Of a stretch of DNA of 64,000 nt, positions 48,731 through 60,714 are shown one piece after another. This stretch comes from Mobula hypostoma. Taxonomy: Eukaryota. A program made the position numbers and the translations under genes. The notes below the pieces were generated by a model. It was not told the origin of the DNA. It saw only the letters and a list, made by a program, of their open reading frames with translations, and did not search any database. The stretch is from positions 26,352,001-26,416,000 of the forward strand of contig NC_086097.1 in the NCBI RefSeq assembly GCF_963921235.1. The letters are read 5' to 3'. Positions within the stretch are counted from its first letter, which is position 1, and every line of letters begins with the position of its first letter.

Positions 48731-49274
48731 CTAGGTATCAGGTCAAAATCTTGCATTTGGTCCTCGCTGCTGGATCTGAGTTCCTTCAGCAGATTATTTG
48801 TTCTGGTCTTTTTTCCTGAATGGCCCAAATCAGTTCTTGGTCTATAGTTTTAAATCTCAGCATGCAGAAGTTTGCAGAAATGGAATAACTCCTCCAGGCC
48901 CATACTAACTCCTACCTGTCCCTGTCCTTCCAGGTAATGCTTATCCCTCTGGGTTCAGCAACATTCTGACTCTGTGAACTCTCTTCCAAAATCTCCCTGA
49001 CCTAGTTCTATCCAATTTTTGAAAAATGCCTTAAGGACAATTTTATTAACCAAGCGTTCAGGCAATCTTTTTCTCACCTGATCACCGGTTTTGTTGGATT
49101 ACTATTTTTTTGAAGGCTATGAGTACTTCATTTAGAAAAAAAACAAAGTGAAAACAAACTAAGTTGATGTTGGGTCTAAATCAACCCCAGCATACTACTG
49201 CATCGCCTAAATCTTAAATTGTTTGAAGAAACTGAATTATTTTAGCAAAAAAATCAGCCTATTAAGTTAAATTA

Positions 49275-49674
49275 GATGGAGCGTGAGGAAGGGTGTGATG
49301 AAGTAAGAAGCTGGGAGGCAATAGATGGAAGAGGTAAAGGGCAGAAGAAGAAGAAATCTGACAGGAAAGAAGAGTGGACCATGTAAGAAAAGGAAGGAGG
49401 AGGGCACCAGAGGAAGGTGATGGGTAGGTGAGGAGAAGGGGAGGGATAAGAAGGATAAGAGGAAAGGGGAATGGAAAGAGAGTGAAAGGGGAGAGGGAGA
49501 AAGTGCTGGAAGTTAGAGAAGTCAATATTCATGTCCTCAGGTTGGGGCCTACCCAGATGAAACACAGGGGGTGTTGCTCCTCCAACCTGAGTGTGGCCTC
49601 ATTGTGGCAAGTGACCATCGATCAACACGTCAGAATGTAAATGGGAAGGAGAATTAAAACTGGTGTCCACTGGG
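49275..49674 (-). mobile_element. Penelope-like element 3' fragment: GIY-YIG endonuclease C-terminus and pyrimidine-rich UTR
   Basis: Minus strand reads PV.T.FNSPSH.HSD...HNEATLRLEEQH, then FHLGRPQPEDMNIDFSNF (ORF 49272-49565), the typical PLE L..LQP.G.N ending. Confidence 0.75.
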
Positions 49675-49960
49675 GTAGTTACAAACTACTAACACGATAC
49701 TGGATTTTGAAAGAACAAAAATGCAGCAACCTGCTCAAAAATTGATCACAGTTTAAGAACTGGGGACCAGTATAGCACACAATACAACTTTATCATAGAA
49801 GAAAAAAGTAGCACAATAACAAAAATTAAACACATAAAAATTTCCTCAATTCTGTCTTCTGAGGTAAAAGTCACAATAGTTAACTTACTCAGAGCATGTT
49901 TCACCCAGAGATCCACATTGTCCCATGGCTTTCAACCAAGTGGCTGTAAAAAATAGTGAC

Positions 49961-50396
49961 TAGGGTTGCCAACTGCCCCGTATTAGCCGGGACATCCTGT
50001 ATATTGGGCTAAATTGGTTTGTCCCATACGGGACCGCCCTTGTCCCGTATTTCCCCCGCTAATGAAACCGTTCGTAAGCCGAAATGGCGTAAAGCGAAGA
50101 AACAATTACCATAATTTATATGGGAAAATTTTTGAGCGTTCCCAGACCCAAAAATTACCTACCAAATCTTATCAAATACCTAAGATAACACTAACATATA
50201 GTAAAAGCAGAATCGGGAAGATTAAGCCAAAATCGATCTGTAGAAAAAAAATCAATTTGCACGTACACGCATGTGCACACAGGTGCCCACGCAAGGCTTC
50301 ATGGTCATGGTAGTCTTTCTCGGGGTAAACACAAGTGTCCCGTATTTGACTGCTACTTTTGTCCCTTATTTGGGAGTGAGAAAGTTGGCAACCCTA
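49961..50396. mobile_element. hAT Blackjack-like MITE, free copy of the element nested at 24.1-24.6 kb (opposite orientation)
   Basis: Perfect TIR TAGGGTTGCCAACT / AGTTGGCAACCCTA; flanks AGTGAC / AGTGTC. Confidence 0.9.
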
Positions 50397-50419
50397 AGTG
50401 TCACAAAGCAGGCAGGTCA

Positions 50420-50822
50420 TCCTTACACCGCACGCTGTCGAAGCAGTGCTGCCAGGATAATCAAGGACACGACCCACCCAGCCAACACACTTTTCGTCCC
50501 TCTTCCCTCCGGGAGAAGGCTCAGGAGCTTGAAGACTCATACGACCAGATTTGGGAACAGCTCCTTTCCAACTATGGTAAGACTGCTGAACAGATCCTGA
50601 CCCGGATCTGGGCTGTACCTTCCAAATATCTAGACCTGCCTCTCGGTTTTTTTGCACTACCTTACTTTCCATTTTCCTATTTTCTATTTATGATTTATAA
50701 TTTAAGTTTTTAATATTTACTATTGATTTGTAATCCAGGGAACGGGAAGCACAAAATCAAATATCGCTGTGATGATTGTACGTTCTATTGTCAATTGTTT
50801 GGCGACAATAAAGTATAAAGTA
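50420..50822 (+). mobile_element. Rex1/Babar 3' fragment
   Basis: YTARCRSSAARIIKDTTHPANTLFVPLPSGRRLRSL; tail aataaagtataaagta. Confidence 0.85.
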
Positions 50823-51002
50823 TTCAGAGTTTTGAAGGAACTTAAAAGGCTACCTTGAATTGTTAGAGTGAGCTGGAGGAATTTATATAACTAAATGAGG
50901 ACAATGGGAACTAATACACAAGGGAACAAGAGTAGGAGTAGGCTATTAGGCCTTCAAGTTTCCCTATCATTCAATGTGATCATGGCTGATCAATATTATC
51001 TT

Positions 51003-51190
51003 CATTGTGTATTTGCAATCTATCTTGGTACTTAATTAGACACTTTATGCTCAGAACATGTCTTTATTTCTCATTCTTCCTTCCATGCTCCCTCACATCA
51101 GGTGCTGTTCTGTCCCAACTGATGACATCATCACCGTACTTGGCAAGTGTCAAACTACATGAACTGACCTTACCATTTCAATACATGACA
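51003..51190 (-). mobile_element. Gypsy 3' LTR
   Basis: Minus strand: polypurine tract AGGGAAGGAGGGA (51191-51203), then TGTCATG...AATAAA...AAATACACAA; homologous to 56892-57074. Confidence 0.85.
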
Positions 51191-54100
51191 TCCCTCCTTC
51201 CCTGAGCGATCAACTCCAATATTCAGAAGACATTCAATTCACAAATATAACCATTTCAATTCAACACATATCCTCTCATATACTTGTCTATAACCAACCC
51301 GTTATCTGTTTCAACTTAATGATAACTCCGGAACTGAAAACTTCAATTTCTGCTTTCAACAGTTTTCATTGTTTCAAAGCCCATAACTTAAAGTTTTATT
51401 TCAATATCATTAAACCTCAGAGATTGTTTGAGGTCTCTCTACTGGTTTCTCTTTGCTTTTGATGTCTGGTAGTGGCTTCTGCTCAGTGTGAACCTGAGCT
51501 TGTCCGTAATCGTTCATTACATTGCCCTCCTGTCCCAGTATCTCATTGTCAAATCCTTGAATTTCCTCCTGTTTGTCAAAAGTCGCCCTTGTGTCGAACT
51601 TTTTTTTACATGCATGGTGTTCCTTGCATACTGCACTCCAGTAGTAGATTCAACTACCACTTGATTTCCTGTTTTCCTCACCACCCTGAGTGGTGTTGTG
51701 TTGAAAGCTGTGGTGATTTTTCTTGCTGGATAAGCACAGCATCCCAACTTTTACAGTAGACTCCTGTGCTCCTCTGTGATTGTCTGCATACAGCTTGCAC
51801 TTTCCTTTTTGTTCTGCGTCAGCAGCAGATAAATAAATTGGTACACTCAGATCAAACAGGGTTTATCCCTAAAAATAATTCTTTCCATAACATCAGGCGC
51901 CTTCTTAATACAAGGCATTCCCCAAGGCATCCTAAGGAAGACCTTATAATATTAAGTTTAGATGCTGAGAAAGTATTCGACCAAGTGGAATGGCAATACC
52001 TCTACAAGGTTTTGAAAAAATTTGGAATGGGAGACAAATTTATAACTTGGATTAAGCTACTGCACAGTAACCCTAGTTCTAAGATACTAACTAATCAGAC
52101 CCTCTCAGAACCATTCAGTTTGCACAGGGGCACAAGACAGGGCTGTGCATTATGTCCTTTATTGTTTGCGTTGGCCCTGGAACCACTGGTGGAGACTATA
52201 CATTCTCACCTTGAAATTTATGGGTACAATACAAAATATACTATCAACAAAATTTCCCTTTATGCAGACCATGTTTTGTTGTTTGTAACGAAACCATATA
52301 TTACTATTCCAGTTTTGCTGGAAATAGTCAATATATTTGGCACTTTCTCGGGGTATAAGATTAATTGGGGGAAAAGTGAAATATTCCCAGTCTGAGTAGA
52401 AGAACAGGAGGGGCTTAAACAATTTCCATTCAAAATAACCCTTGAGAAGTTTACTCACCTTGGAATTGTAATAACCAAAAAGTATAGTTCTCCATTTGAA
52501 GCAAGTTTTGTCCCTCTAATTGAAAAGATTAAAAAGAAAATAGAATTTTGGAAGACACTCCCAATTTCTTTACTGGGTAGAGTAAATGCAGTCAAGATGA
52601 TCTTTCTTCCCCAGCTGCTCTATCTATTTCAGATCCTGCCCCTCGATCTTACCAAAACCGTTTTTAAAGGATTAGATTCAATAATTCTACCTTTTATAAG
52701 GAATTATAAAGCCCATCGAATTAGGAAAGAACATCTCTGCAAGAATAAGACTAGTGGGGGGCTGGCACTACCCAACTTCATTTTATTACTGGGCTGCTAA
52801 TGTTAGCCATATAGCATACTGGATAGATGATACAGTTGTACTTCCCGGATGGTTGGAGATGGAGCATGAGGATTGCCTACCATATTCCATAGGGGCAATC
52901 ATTATGTCCCCTATTTGGATAAATAAAGCCTGCTGTAGAGGCAATCCCATTAGCCATAACAGCATACAGATGTGGAGACAAATATGGAAGTATCTGAAAC
53001 TCAGAACATTATCTTTTCTTGTACCTATATCAGTGAACCCCTCTTTTATCCCCTCATGTACAGATGGGGCCTTTGATGCATGGTGAGCATTAGGGATACG
53101 CAGCGTTGGAGACTTTTATACATACAAGGGATTTTTGCGTCACTTCGGCAGCTCCAGGACAAATTCGGATTGCAAAAGAATCATTTTTTCAGGTATCTCC
53201 AGTTAAGACACTATATAAGATCACATCTTTCTGGCTTTGAGATGGCAGAACCTGATAAATTAGATAATCATTTAAGATCATGCTTAGGGACAGAACACAT
53301 CATCGCCTATCTGCATGATGCCATACAAAACAAGTGTCATACAACAATGGATAATATTAAAAAAAGAGTGGGAAAAGGAGTTGGGTACAGAGATAGAGGA
53401 GTTTATATGGAATGAGGCTTTGGAGTATGTCAACTCCTGTTCCATCAATGCCAGGCATTGTTTAATACAATTTAAAATCCTAAATAGACTACATTACTCA
53501 AAAGTAAGGATTCATAAAATATTCCTAGAGGTGTCCCCAATGTGGGAGAAATGCAAGTCCTCAGAGGCAAATTTGTTACATCGTTATGCTTTATGTCCCA
53601 GGATACAAGAGTATTGGAAGCAAATATCTGAGGTCCGATCGAAGGTACTAAAGGTTCAGATAATACCAGACCCCACTTTAATAATTTTTGGAACTTCTGC
53701 AAGGTCAAATAAATTCCAGGCTACCCAGCAACAACTCCTGACCTATGGCATACTTAATGGAAAAAAACTCATACTGATGTTCTGGAAAAAGGAGGAAACT
53801 CCATCACTCAGACAATGGCTGGCTGCATTAATGGATACTCTGCATCTAGAGAGGATAAGATATGTTATCAAGCACAGACTCAAGGAATTTGAAAAAATCT
53901 GGCAACCATTACTGTTGTATTTAGAAGAGACTGACAGCTGAACTAAGTGTGGGGGTCAGTAGGACCTAAACAGCACATACGGGAGGGATGAGGGGAGGGG
54001 AGGGCTGGGAAGGGTAAAGGAGATGGGGTGGTAGGGTCTTTTGCATTTTGCTTGTTTACTATACATACATTGAATTTGATTTTCATTATGTTGATATAAG

Positions 54101-56750
54101 AAAGAAAAGAAAAAAGAAGCATTGTACTTTAGGACATTGTCGGTTGTGGGTAAGCTGATGTTGCTTCACAATAAAAACATTTGAAAACCATTTGCCTGAG
54201 CCCACTTTGGTGTTGTTTTCAGTGTTTGGTTCCATTACTCTCACAATATTCCTTGACCTTTCCAGATCTGAACTGAGGTCTATTATCTGATTTGATAGAT
54301 ATGGGCGGTCCATATCTACAGAAAATGCTCTCAAGACTGTCAATAGCTCTCTACAGTTGTAGAGGTCAAAATTTCATATTCATAAAATCAACTACTACTA
54401 GAATGGAATGGTTTGTCGGTAATGGTCCAAGCAAATCAACAGCTACCTCCTGCCAAGGACCATCCGGTAATGGCGTCAGTTTTAGTGGTTCTGGAGGGTC
54501 GTGTTTAGATAGAGTTTGACAGCCGTGACAACTTTCGCAGTACTTCTCAGCTGCTTTATCCATACCAGGCCACCAAACCTTGCTTCTGAGATGCTGTTTT
54601 GTACCCACTATTCCCAAGTGCCCTATATGAGATAGGGTGAGTGCTCATGCGTACAAGGCTTTAGGTAACACAATCCGTGTCCCTCTGAGGATAAGATGAC
54701 CCACTACACACAGCTCATTTGCAATGGGTGCGTATGCCTTACGGTTCTCTAAGTGTCCATTCATGATGGTTTTACGCACCTCCTGCAGCTCTGGATCTGT
54801 GGCTGACGCTCTCTCTACCTCTCATGTTGTCAGGGCTTCATTCAGGTGTGGCAATCATAGCTATGAATCTGACATATTCCTCTGAATCATGCTTGTGTCT
54901 CTCTTTTTGAGCAGACTCCCCCACTAGCCTCGACAGTGGGTCTGCAATGCTCTGTTTTCCCGGCCTGTGTATAACTCTGTAGTCATATGGTTGCAATCTT
55001 AAGACCCACCGCTCTGTGTATGCACATGGTTTAGATCTTGGGCTGTAAATCACCTCCAAAGGTTTCTGATCTGTGATCAGGTCAGACTTTCTCTCACATA
55101 CAAATCAGGATGAAGTCTCTCACAGGCCCACATCATGAGTACTGTCCCCAGTTCGACTGGGCCGGCATCTGCAGTTACTCTGGTTGGTGCATCTTTATCA
55201 AAATAGGCCAAGGTACCCGCTCTTGCTAGCTCCTCTTTGAATGCTTGTTTCTATTCTTTTCCAAACTTGAACTGGTTGCCCTTCCTGGTCAATCGGCACA
55301 GTGGTTCTGACAAAGTTGCAAACTGTGGCATTAATCTGCTGCTGCAGCCAACAGGACCTAGGAAATTCCTCACTTTTGTGATGTTTTGTGGGTCACAAGC
55401 CTCCATTACTGCTTGCACTCTCTCCTCTGTTGTTTCAATGCCTTTCTGTGACAAGAGAAATCCCATGAAGACTCGTCTGTCCATGTTGAACTGACATTTC
55501 TCTGGGTTCAGTGTCTGTCCGCACTCTGAGAGTCTCTTTGTGACAGCATGCAGTCTCTCATCATGCAGCTTTTGGTTAGGCGCATGTACAATCACATCAT
55601 CTGAGATGTTCTCAACTCCTTCAATTCCAGCTAAAGCTTTTGTTATCTCATGCTGGTACTGCTCACCGGCTGATGACAAACCAAGTGTCTCTTGGGCCTA
55701 TACACCCCATTATGCACAGCAAATGTGGATATCTCTCTAGATTCTGGAGTTAGTTCTGGCTGGTGATAGCCCCATCTCATGTCTAGTTTGCTAAACACCG
55801 CAGCTCCATTCCTACCCCTGTAGTATCTCATCTGCAGTTGGAATGGGATATCTCTCCCTCACAAATGCTTCATTTCCCCTTCTCATGTGTAGGCACATTC
55901 GGCTGTCCTTGTTGGGTTTTGGTAAAATTACTACCGGGTTAACCCAAGGAGTTTAGCCTTCAACTTTCTCAATAATGCCTATTTTCATTGGATGCTCAAT
56001 GTTTTTTCAACAGCCTCCCTTAAGTCGTAAGGTCTGCATCTGAGTGGCTGGGCCACAGGCTGTACCTTTGGATCAATGTACAAACTGATCTGCTTAGTGT
56101 TCAGTTCCTACCCCTTCAAACATTTTTGGGTCCTGCAGTTTTAAGTGACTCTTTAACGTCTGTCACTAGTGACACATTTTCTTCAGTCTCTAATGCACCC
56201 AACCTTGTAGCTGTTTCTCTACTAGCAGTGGTTCACCATTGCCTTCTATCACAATGAACTCTACCTGGTCTTTTCCGTTTCCAATACTTGTATCACATTC
56301 AAACAGCCCCTGAACCTCCAATGATGTGCTGGACGAATATGGGAACAGTTTTCTCTTCTACTTAGGAATATATGAATGGGACTTTAATATTCTCTGACTT
56401 CAATTTTTCCCAAACATTTTCACCCAGTAAATTACTTCTGGCTCCCGAATCTACCAACATACACAGATTTACATCCTCTACACAAAAAGTAGTTTTTTTC
56501 AGATGACTCTGTCTCATTTACAGCAAATGCAAGTTCCTTCCATTCACCCTCAACATTGTTCACTTTTTGTGTCTTTAATCCTTTTGTCCGGCACATTTTT
56601 GCAAAGTGGTCCTTTCCAGTGCATGTCTGTCCATGAGCTGGGCACTTTGGGTCTCTACCCAGGTGATCTGTGTTTGTACATTTGTAGCATTTCCTTTCAT
56701 TTGTATTAGTATAATTTCTTTTCCCCTGTCTTTTTGCTGTGTGTTGTGTC
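51191..56750 (-). mobile_element. Decayed Gypsy (Mag-like) internal region gag-PR-RT-RH-IN, interrupted by an L1
   Basis: Zinc knuckle CYKC...DHLGRDPKCPA; protease LVDSGA near 56450; RT FSKLDMRWGYHQ and NISDDVIVH; RNase H TDQKPL...ERWVLRLQPYDY; integrase GHLGIVGTKQHLRSKVWWPGMD...CHGCQ, SDNRPQF, WAQANG (54188) and C-terminal DAEQKGK...RNTMHVKK (51600-51820). Confidence 0.92.
51821..54187 (+). mobile_element. L1-clade LINE, 5'-truncated (RT, C-terminal cysteine-rich region, 3' UTR)
   Basis: DQTGFI, SLDAEKVFDQVEW, RGTRQGC..CPLLFALALEPL, ISLYADH, SGYKINWGKSE; degenerate CCHC (EKC...LLH...LCP); AATAAA at 54170. Confidence 0.93.
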
Positions 56751-56891
56751 CTCATGGTAGGGATTCTCTTGAATTCTCGGTCCCCAAGGGCAGTAAAGGC
56801 CAAATCATTTGAAATATATAAGACAGAGATAGATGAATATTTGAAAGGAATTGAAGCTTAAGTTGGACCAATATGAAAGAGAAGTTAAGAC

Positions 56892-57088
56892 TGTCATGGC
56901 AAGGTCAGTTTGACATTTGTCAAACTGATGATGTCATCAGTTGGGACGGAACAATGTGATGAGGGAGCATGGAAGCGAGAATGAGAAATAAAGACACATT
57001 ATGAGCATAAAGTGTCGAGTCAGGATAGATGCACTATCTAATTAAGTACTAAGATAGGTTGCAAATACACAACAGTGGTGGCGAGGAT
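56892..57088 (+). mobile_element. Gypsy 5' LTR (56892-57074) plus primer-binding site, inverted relative to the element body
   Basis: TGTCATGG...AATAAA...TACACAACA followed by gTGGTGGCGAGGAT, similar to the Mag-type TGGCGACGAGG PBS. Confidence 0.85.
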
Positions 57089-57090
57089 CC

Positions 57091-57255
57091 ATGGTGAATG
57101 GATCTGCAATCAAGTTGGTAGTTGTCTCAGCCACTCACAACCCCACAATTCTGGCCCTCCTGTTTTTACTGCGTACAGGCCCAATGTGCTTGTTGATTGT
57201 TGTATTTCACTGTTATGAATCCCAAAGGAGTTATATTTTCTTTAGTATAAAGTCT
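57091..57255 (-). mobile_element. Fragment of a second Gypsy family (protease C-terminus)
   Basis: Minus strand reads RLYTKENITPLGFITVKYNNQQ-TLGLYAVKTGGPELWGCEWLRQL, a GP.LLGRDWL-type motif. Confidence 0.65.
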
Positions 57256-58000
57256 GAAACTGAAAGAGCAGCACAAAAAATTATAATCTTTTAATTCCCA
57301 CCATTTAAAAAAAATTACATTCCCTAATTTAGATTTTACTGTATTTCACGCTGATTCGCAGACACCGAGCTGCAACTTTCCAGGGTTCCAGCCAAAAAGC
57401 CCAGACTTCAGGACTTCGAGCAACTAATGTTGATGAATTTTCACAGGAACAGTCTGATCTGAGGCCTTTTCCTTTAATGAAAACTGTGTACCAAGCACAA
57501 AGGTTTGGCATTTAATAATATAAAATTCCACGACCACATCTGGCAAGATATCAAACACTCTTTACATTAAGAAAAAACTTACCCTTCAGTTCTCGTTTAA
57601 ATTTCTTATTCTCACCTTAAAGCTCTGTTGTTTTTGGTACCCAACCATGGGGGAAACAAAGATTTAGACTACCTGCCCTATCTGTACTACCTTAAGAAAT
57701 TTCTATATTATTTCTCAGCCTCCTTCACTTCAGGGAAAATAAGCCCAGCCTATCTAATTTTTCCCCAGAACTAAAGTCCTCCAATCCTGACAACATCCTG
57801 GTGTATCACCTCTGTAGTTAATCACTTCCTGCTCTCAATCTTCTTTGATGGGAACTCCCATCCTTTTAAGCACACCACCATTAATTTCACCCTGTGTTTT
57901 GGACCGCAGGTGAACATTTGATTTTCATACATCCCTCAACAGCTCTAAGATGAACCCTTGGGCTGCAGAATTTGGGAGAATGACTCCTAAAGATTTGAAA

Positions 58001-58285
58001 GATTAGCTTTATTTGTCACATGTTCATCGAAACATACAGTGCAGATGTGTCATTTTCATCGATGACAAACTGATGAGGACGTGCTGAAGGCATCCCGCAA
58101 GTGTCTCCTGGCTTCCGGCATCAACATAGCATATCCACAGCTCACTAAACCCGAACGCATACATCTTTGAAACTAAATCACCCAGGGGAAACACATGCAG
58201 TCATGGGGGAGAACATACAAACTCCTTACAGATAGTGGGAGCACTGAACCAAGATAGTTGGCACTGTGCAACCATACTACCCCTC
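58001..58285 (-). mobile_element. V-SINE
   Basis: Same tail and V-core as the copies at 25581-26424 and 44980-45380. Confidence 0.7.
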
Positions 58286-58724
58286 CACTCACAAGTACGA
58301 GCTTTTAGAAAAATGCTCATCAGGTATATTAGGAAATTGGGGCAGGGAAAGATAGAAAGTCATGGAAGAATATCTCACAACAATGCTTTCCACACTGTAT
58401 CAAGGCAGTTATTTGAATTTGTTAATACGGGTGAAATCAAATCTGGATTTTGAGCACACACATCATCTACACAACACAAGAAAGCTTTGATTCTTTGGCT
58501 GATATATCTGGCTGCAAGAAATGCTCAAGGGAAATGGGGTTACAATTAGGGAAGTAACTGTGGGAGAAAAATAAGGAAAGGATTAGGGAAGTAATAATAG
58601 GTTGGGGGGTCACGAAGAGGTTAAAATTAGAGAAGTAACAGTGTGGACTTGTCAAACAGAGAGTGATTTGGATTAGAGAAGTTAATATTCGGGAGCTGAA
58701 GCTCCTCACATCCAACAGAACACT

Positions 58725-59150
58725 AAGTTCAAAGTCAAAGTAAGTTAATTATCAAAGTATGTATATGTTACTATATGATTTATTTTCTTGCGGGCATTCA
58801 CAGTAGAACAAAGAAATACAACAGAATCAATGCATGCAAAGACTTACAATCAATGAGCAAAAGAAGGCAATCTGCGCAAATACAAAAACAAATAGATAGA
58901 CAAGTAAAGAAATAAATAGTACTGAGAACATAAGTTGTAGAATCCTTGAAAGTAGTCCATAGTTGTGGAACCAATTCAGAGTTATCTACATGGTAATAAC
59001 TGTTCCTGAACTTGGTGGTGTGGGTCCCTATGACAGCAGCAAGAGGAGAGCATGGCCTGGATGACTGAGGTTCTTGATGATGGCTGTTGCTTTTTTGTGG
59101 CAGCACTCCTTGTAAATGTGCTCAATTGTGGGGAGGGCTTTGTCTGTGAT
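58725..59150 (-). mobile_element. Rex1/Babar 3' fragment
   Basis: Minus strand gagtgctgccacaaaaaagcaacagccatcatcaagaacc...caccaccaagttcaggaacagttatt, plus the shared tail. Confidence 0.7.
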
Positions 59151-59250
59151 GGTCACTGGCCATGTACGTCGTGAGATAGCTTCACGTCAAGCCTTGCATT
59201 AGGGCTAGATATAGTCTGGTTGCCTCTACATCCACACTGCATCTGCACTG

Positions 59251-59376
59251 ACAAGAGAAAATCTACAGATGCTGGAAATCCAAAGCTACACACAGAAAAT
59301 GCTGGAGGAACTTAGCAGGCCAGGCAGCATCTATGGAAAAGGAACTGATAACATTTCGGGCCGAGACTGTCTTCAA
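59251..59376 (-). mobile_element. Penelope-type terminal repeat
   Basis: cagatgctggaaatccaaag...gctggaggaacttagcaggccaggcagcatc...acatttcgggccgagac (minus strand has gtctcggcccGAAAt). Confidence 0.75.
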
Positions 59377-60162
59377 TGTTTCGTGGGCTGCTTTGTACCT
59401 CCACTGACCCGTCCCAAACAGAAGCGGTCTGTTCCAGTGTAGTGTGCAAGACAACTCTTCGAGTTCATTTTGTGCCATCACACGTGTAGTTGCAGATCTG
59501 ATAGGAGTAATTTGTAAGGGAACAGATTTGCAATTATATAGTACAGTACACACTGACATCCCAAAGCATTTCACAGCCATTCAATTAACTTTGAACTATA
59601 TTCACTGTTATAATGCAGAGAATGGGTTAGCAAATTTGTGAGTGAAACACTGACATGCCATGCAAATTATTCTTTATGCTTTTAAAAATGTTGCCAGATC
59701 ATTCCATTATTTTCGAAAACACTACTGATCTATAACGAAGACAGTGATATGACTAAGGAATGGAGAGGGTGAAAAAGACAATCTTTGTATTTAGACATGT
59801 CACAGTTGCTTCATTAATTCTGAGGCTTTCTATCATTAATAGATCATCCTGAGGTTGCATCAGTTGGTAACACAAACGCCGCATTTCACTGTATGTTTCA
59901 ATGTACATGTAAATTAATCTGAAATCACATTTCAAAAGTTTAGACTATTAACTGCTGTTTGTTTAAAATGGCTTCTGTGATAAACATCGACCAAACCTCT
60001 ATCAGTGCACTGTTATAGCCACAACAGACACATGGCTGAGAGACGGGCAGGATTGGCAGCTTAGTGTTCCAGGATGCAGATATGACCGAGGCAATACTAG
60101 TAGTGAGATCACTCCAGTTGACATACGAGACAGCGGTAAGCAAGCAGGGTCTGTAGCTTTAA

Positions 60163-60359
60163 AAACAAGAGAGAATCTGCAGATGCTGGAAACTCAAGCG
60201 ACACACACAAAATGCTGAAGGAATTCAGCAGGCTAGGCAGCATCAATGGAAAAAGGTACAGTCGACCTTACAGTCGTCTCGGCCCAAAATGTCGACAGTA
60301 TTTTTTTCCATAGATGCTGCCTGGCCTGCTGAGTACCTCCAGAATTTTGTGTGTGTTGT
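60163..60359. mobile_element. Penelope-type inverted repeat with the hammerhead 5' box deleted
   Basis: Arms acacacacaaaatgctg...gtcgac and gtctcggcccaaaatgtcgac...ttttgtgtgtgt. Confidence 0.75.
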
Positions 60360-60714
60360 GGGGGCGTAGCTTTTTCGAAAAAGGAGATGTGACAGCAAAG
60401 TTCAAAGTTGAAGTTCAAAGTAAGTTTATCATCAAAGTATGTATGTGACCACATACAGCCCTGAGATTCATTTTCCTGAGGACATTCATATTAAATACAA
60501 GAATCACAATAGAATCAACGAAAGCCCACACCCAACAGGAGGGACAACCAATGTGCAAAAGACAACAAACTGTTCAAATACAAAAAGAAAAAAAAAATAA
60601 ATAAACGATAAATATTGAGAACATAAGATGAAGAGTCCTCGAAAAGCGAGTCCATAGATTGTGGAAACAGTTCAGTGATCAGGTGAGTGAAAAGCTACTT
60701 CGAGGTGGCATTCT

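Noticed and set aside
51766..52395. Novel chimeric RT gene
   Set aside because: The first 18 or so residues are antisense Gypsy integrase fused by chance to a truncated L1 RT whose YADD has become YADH and which stops early.
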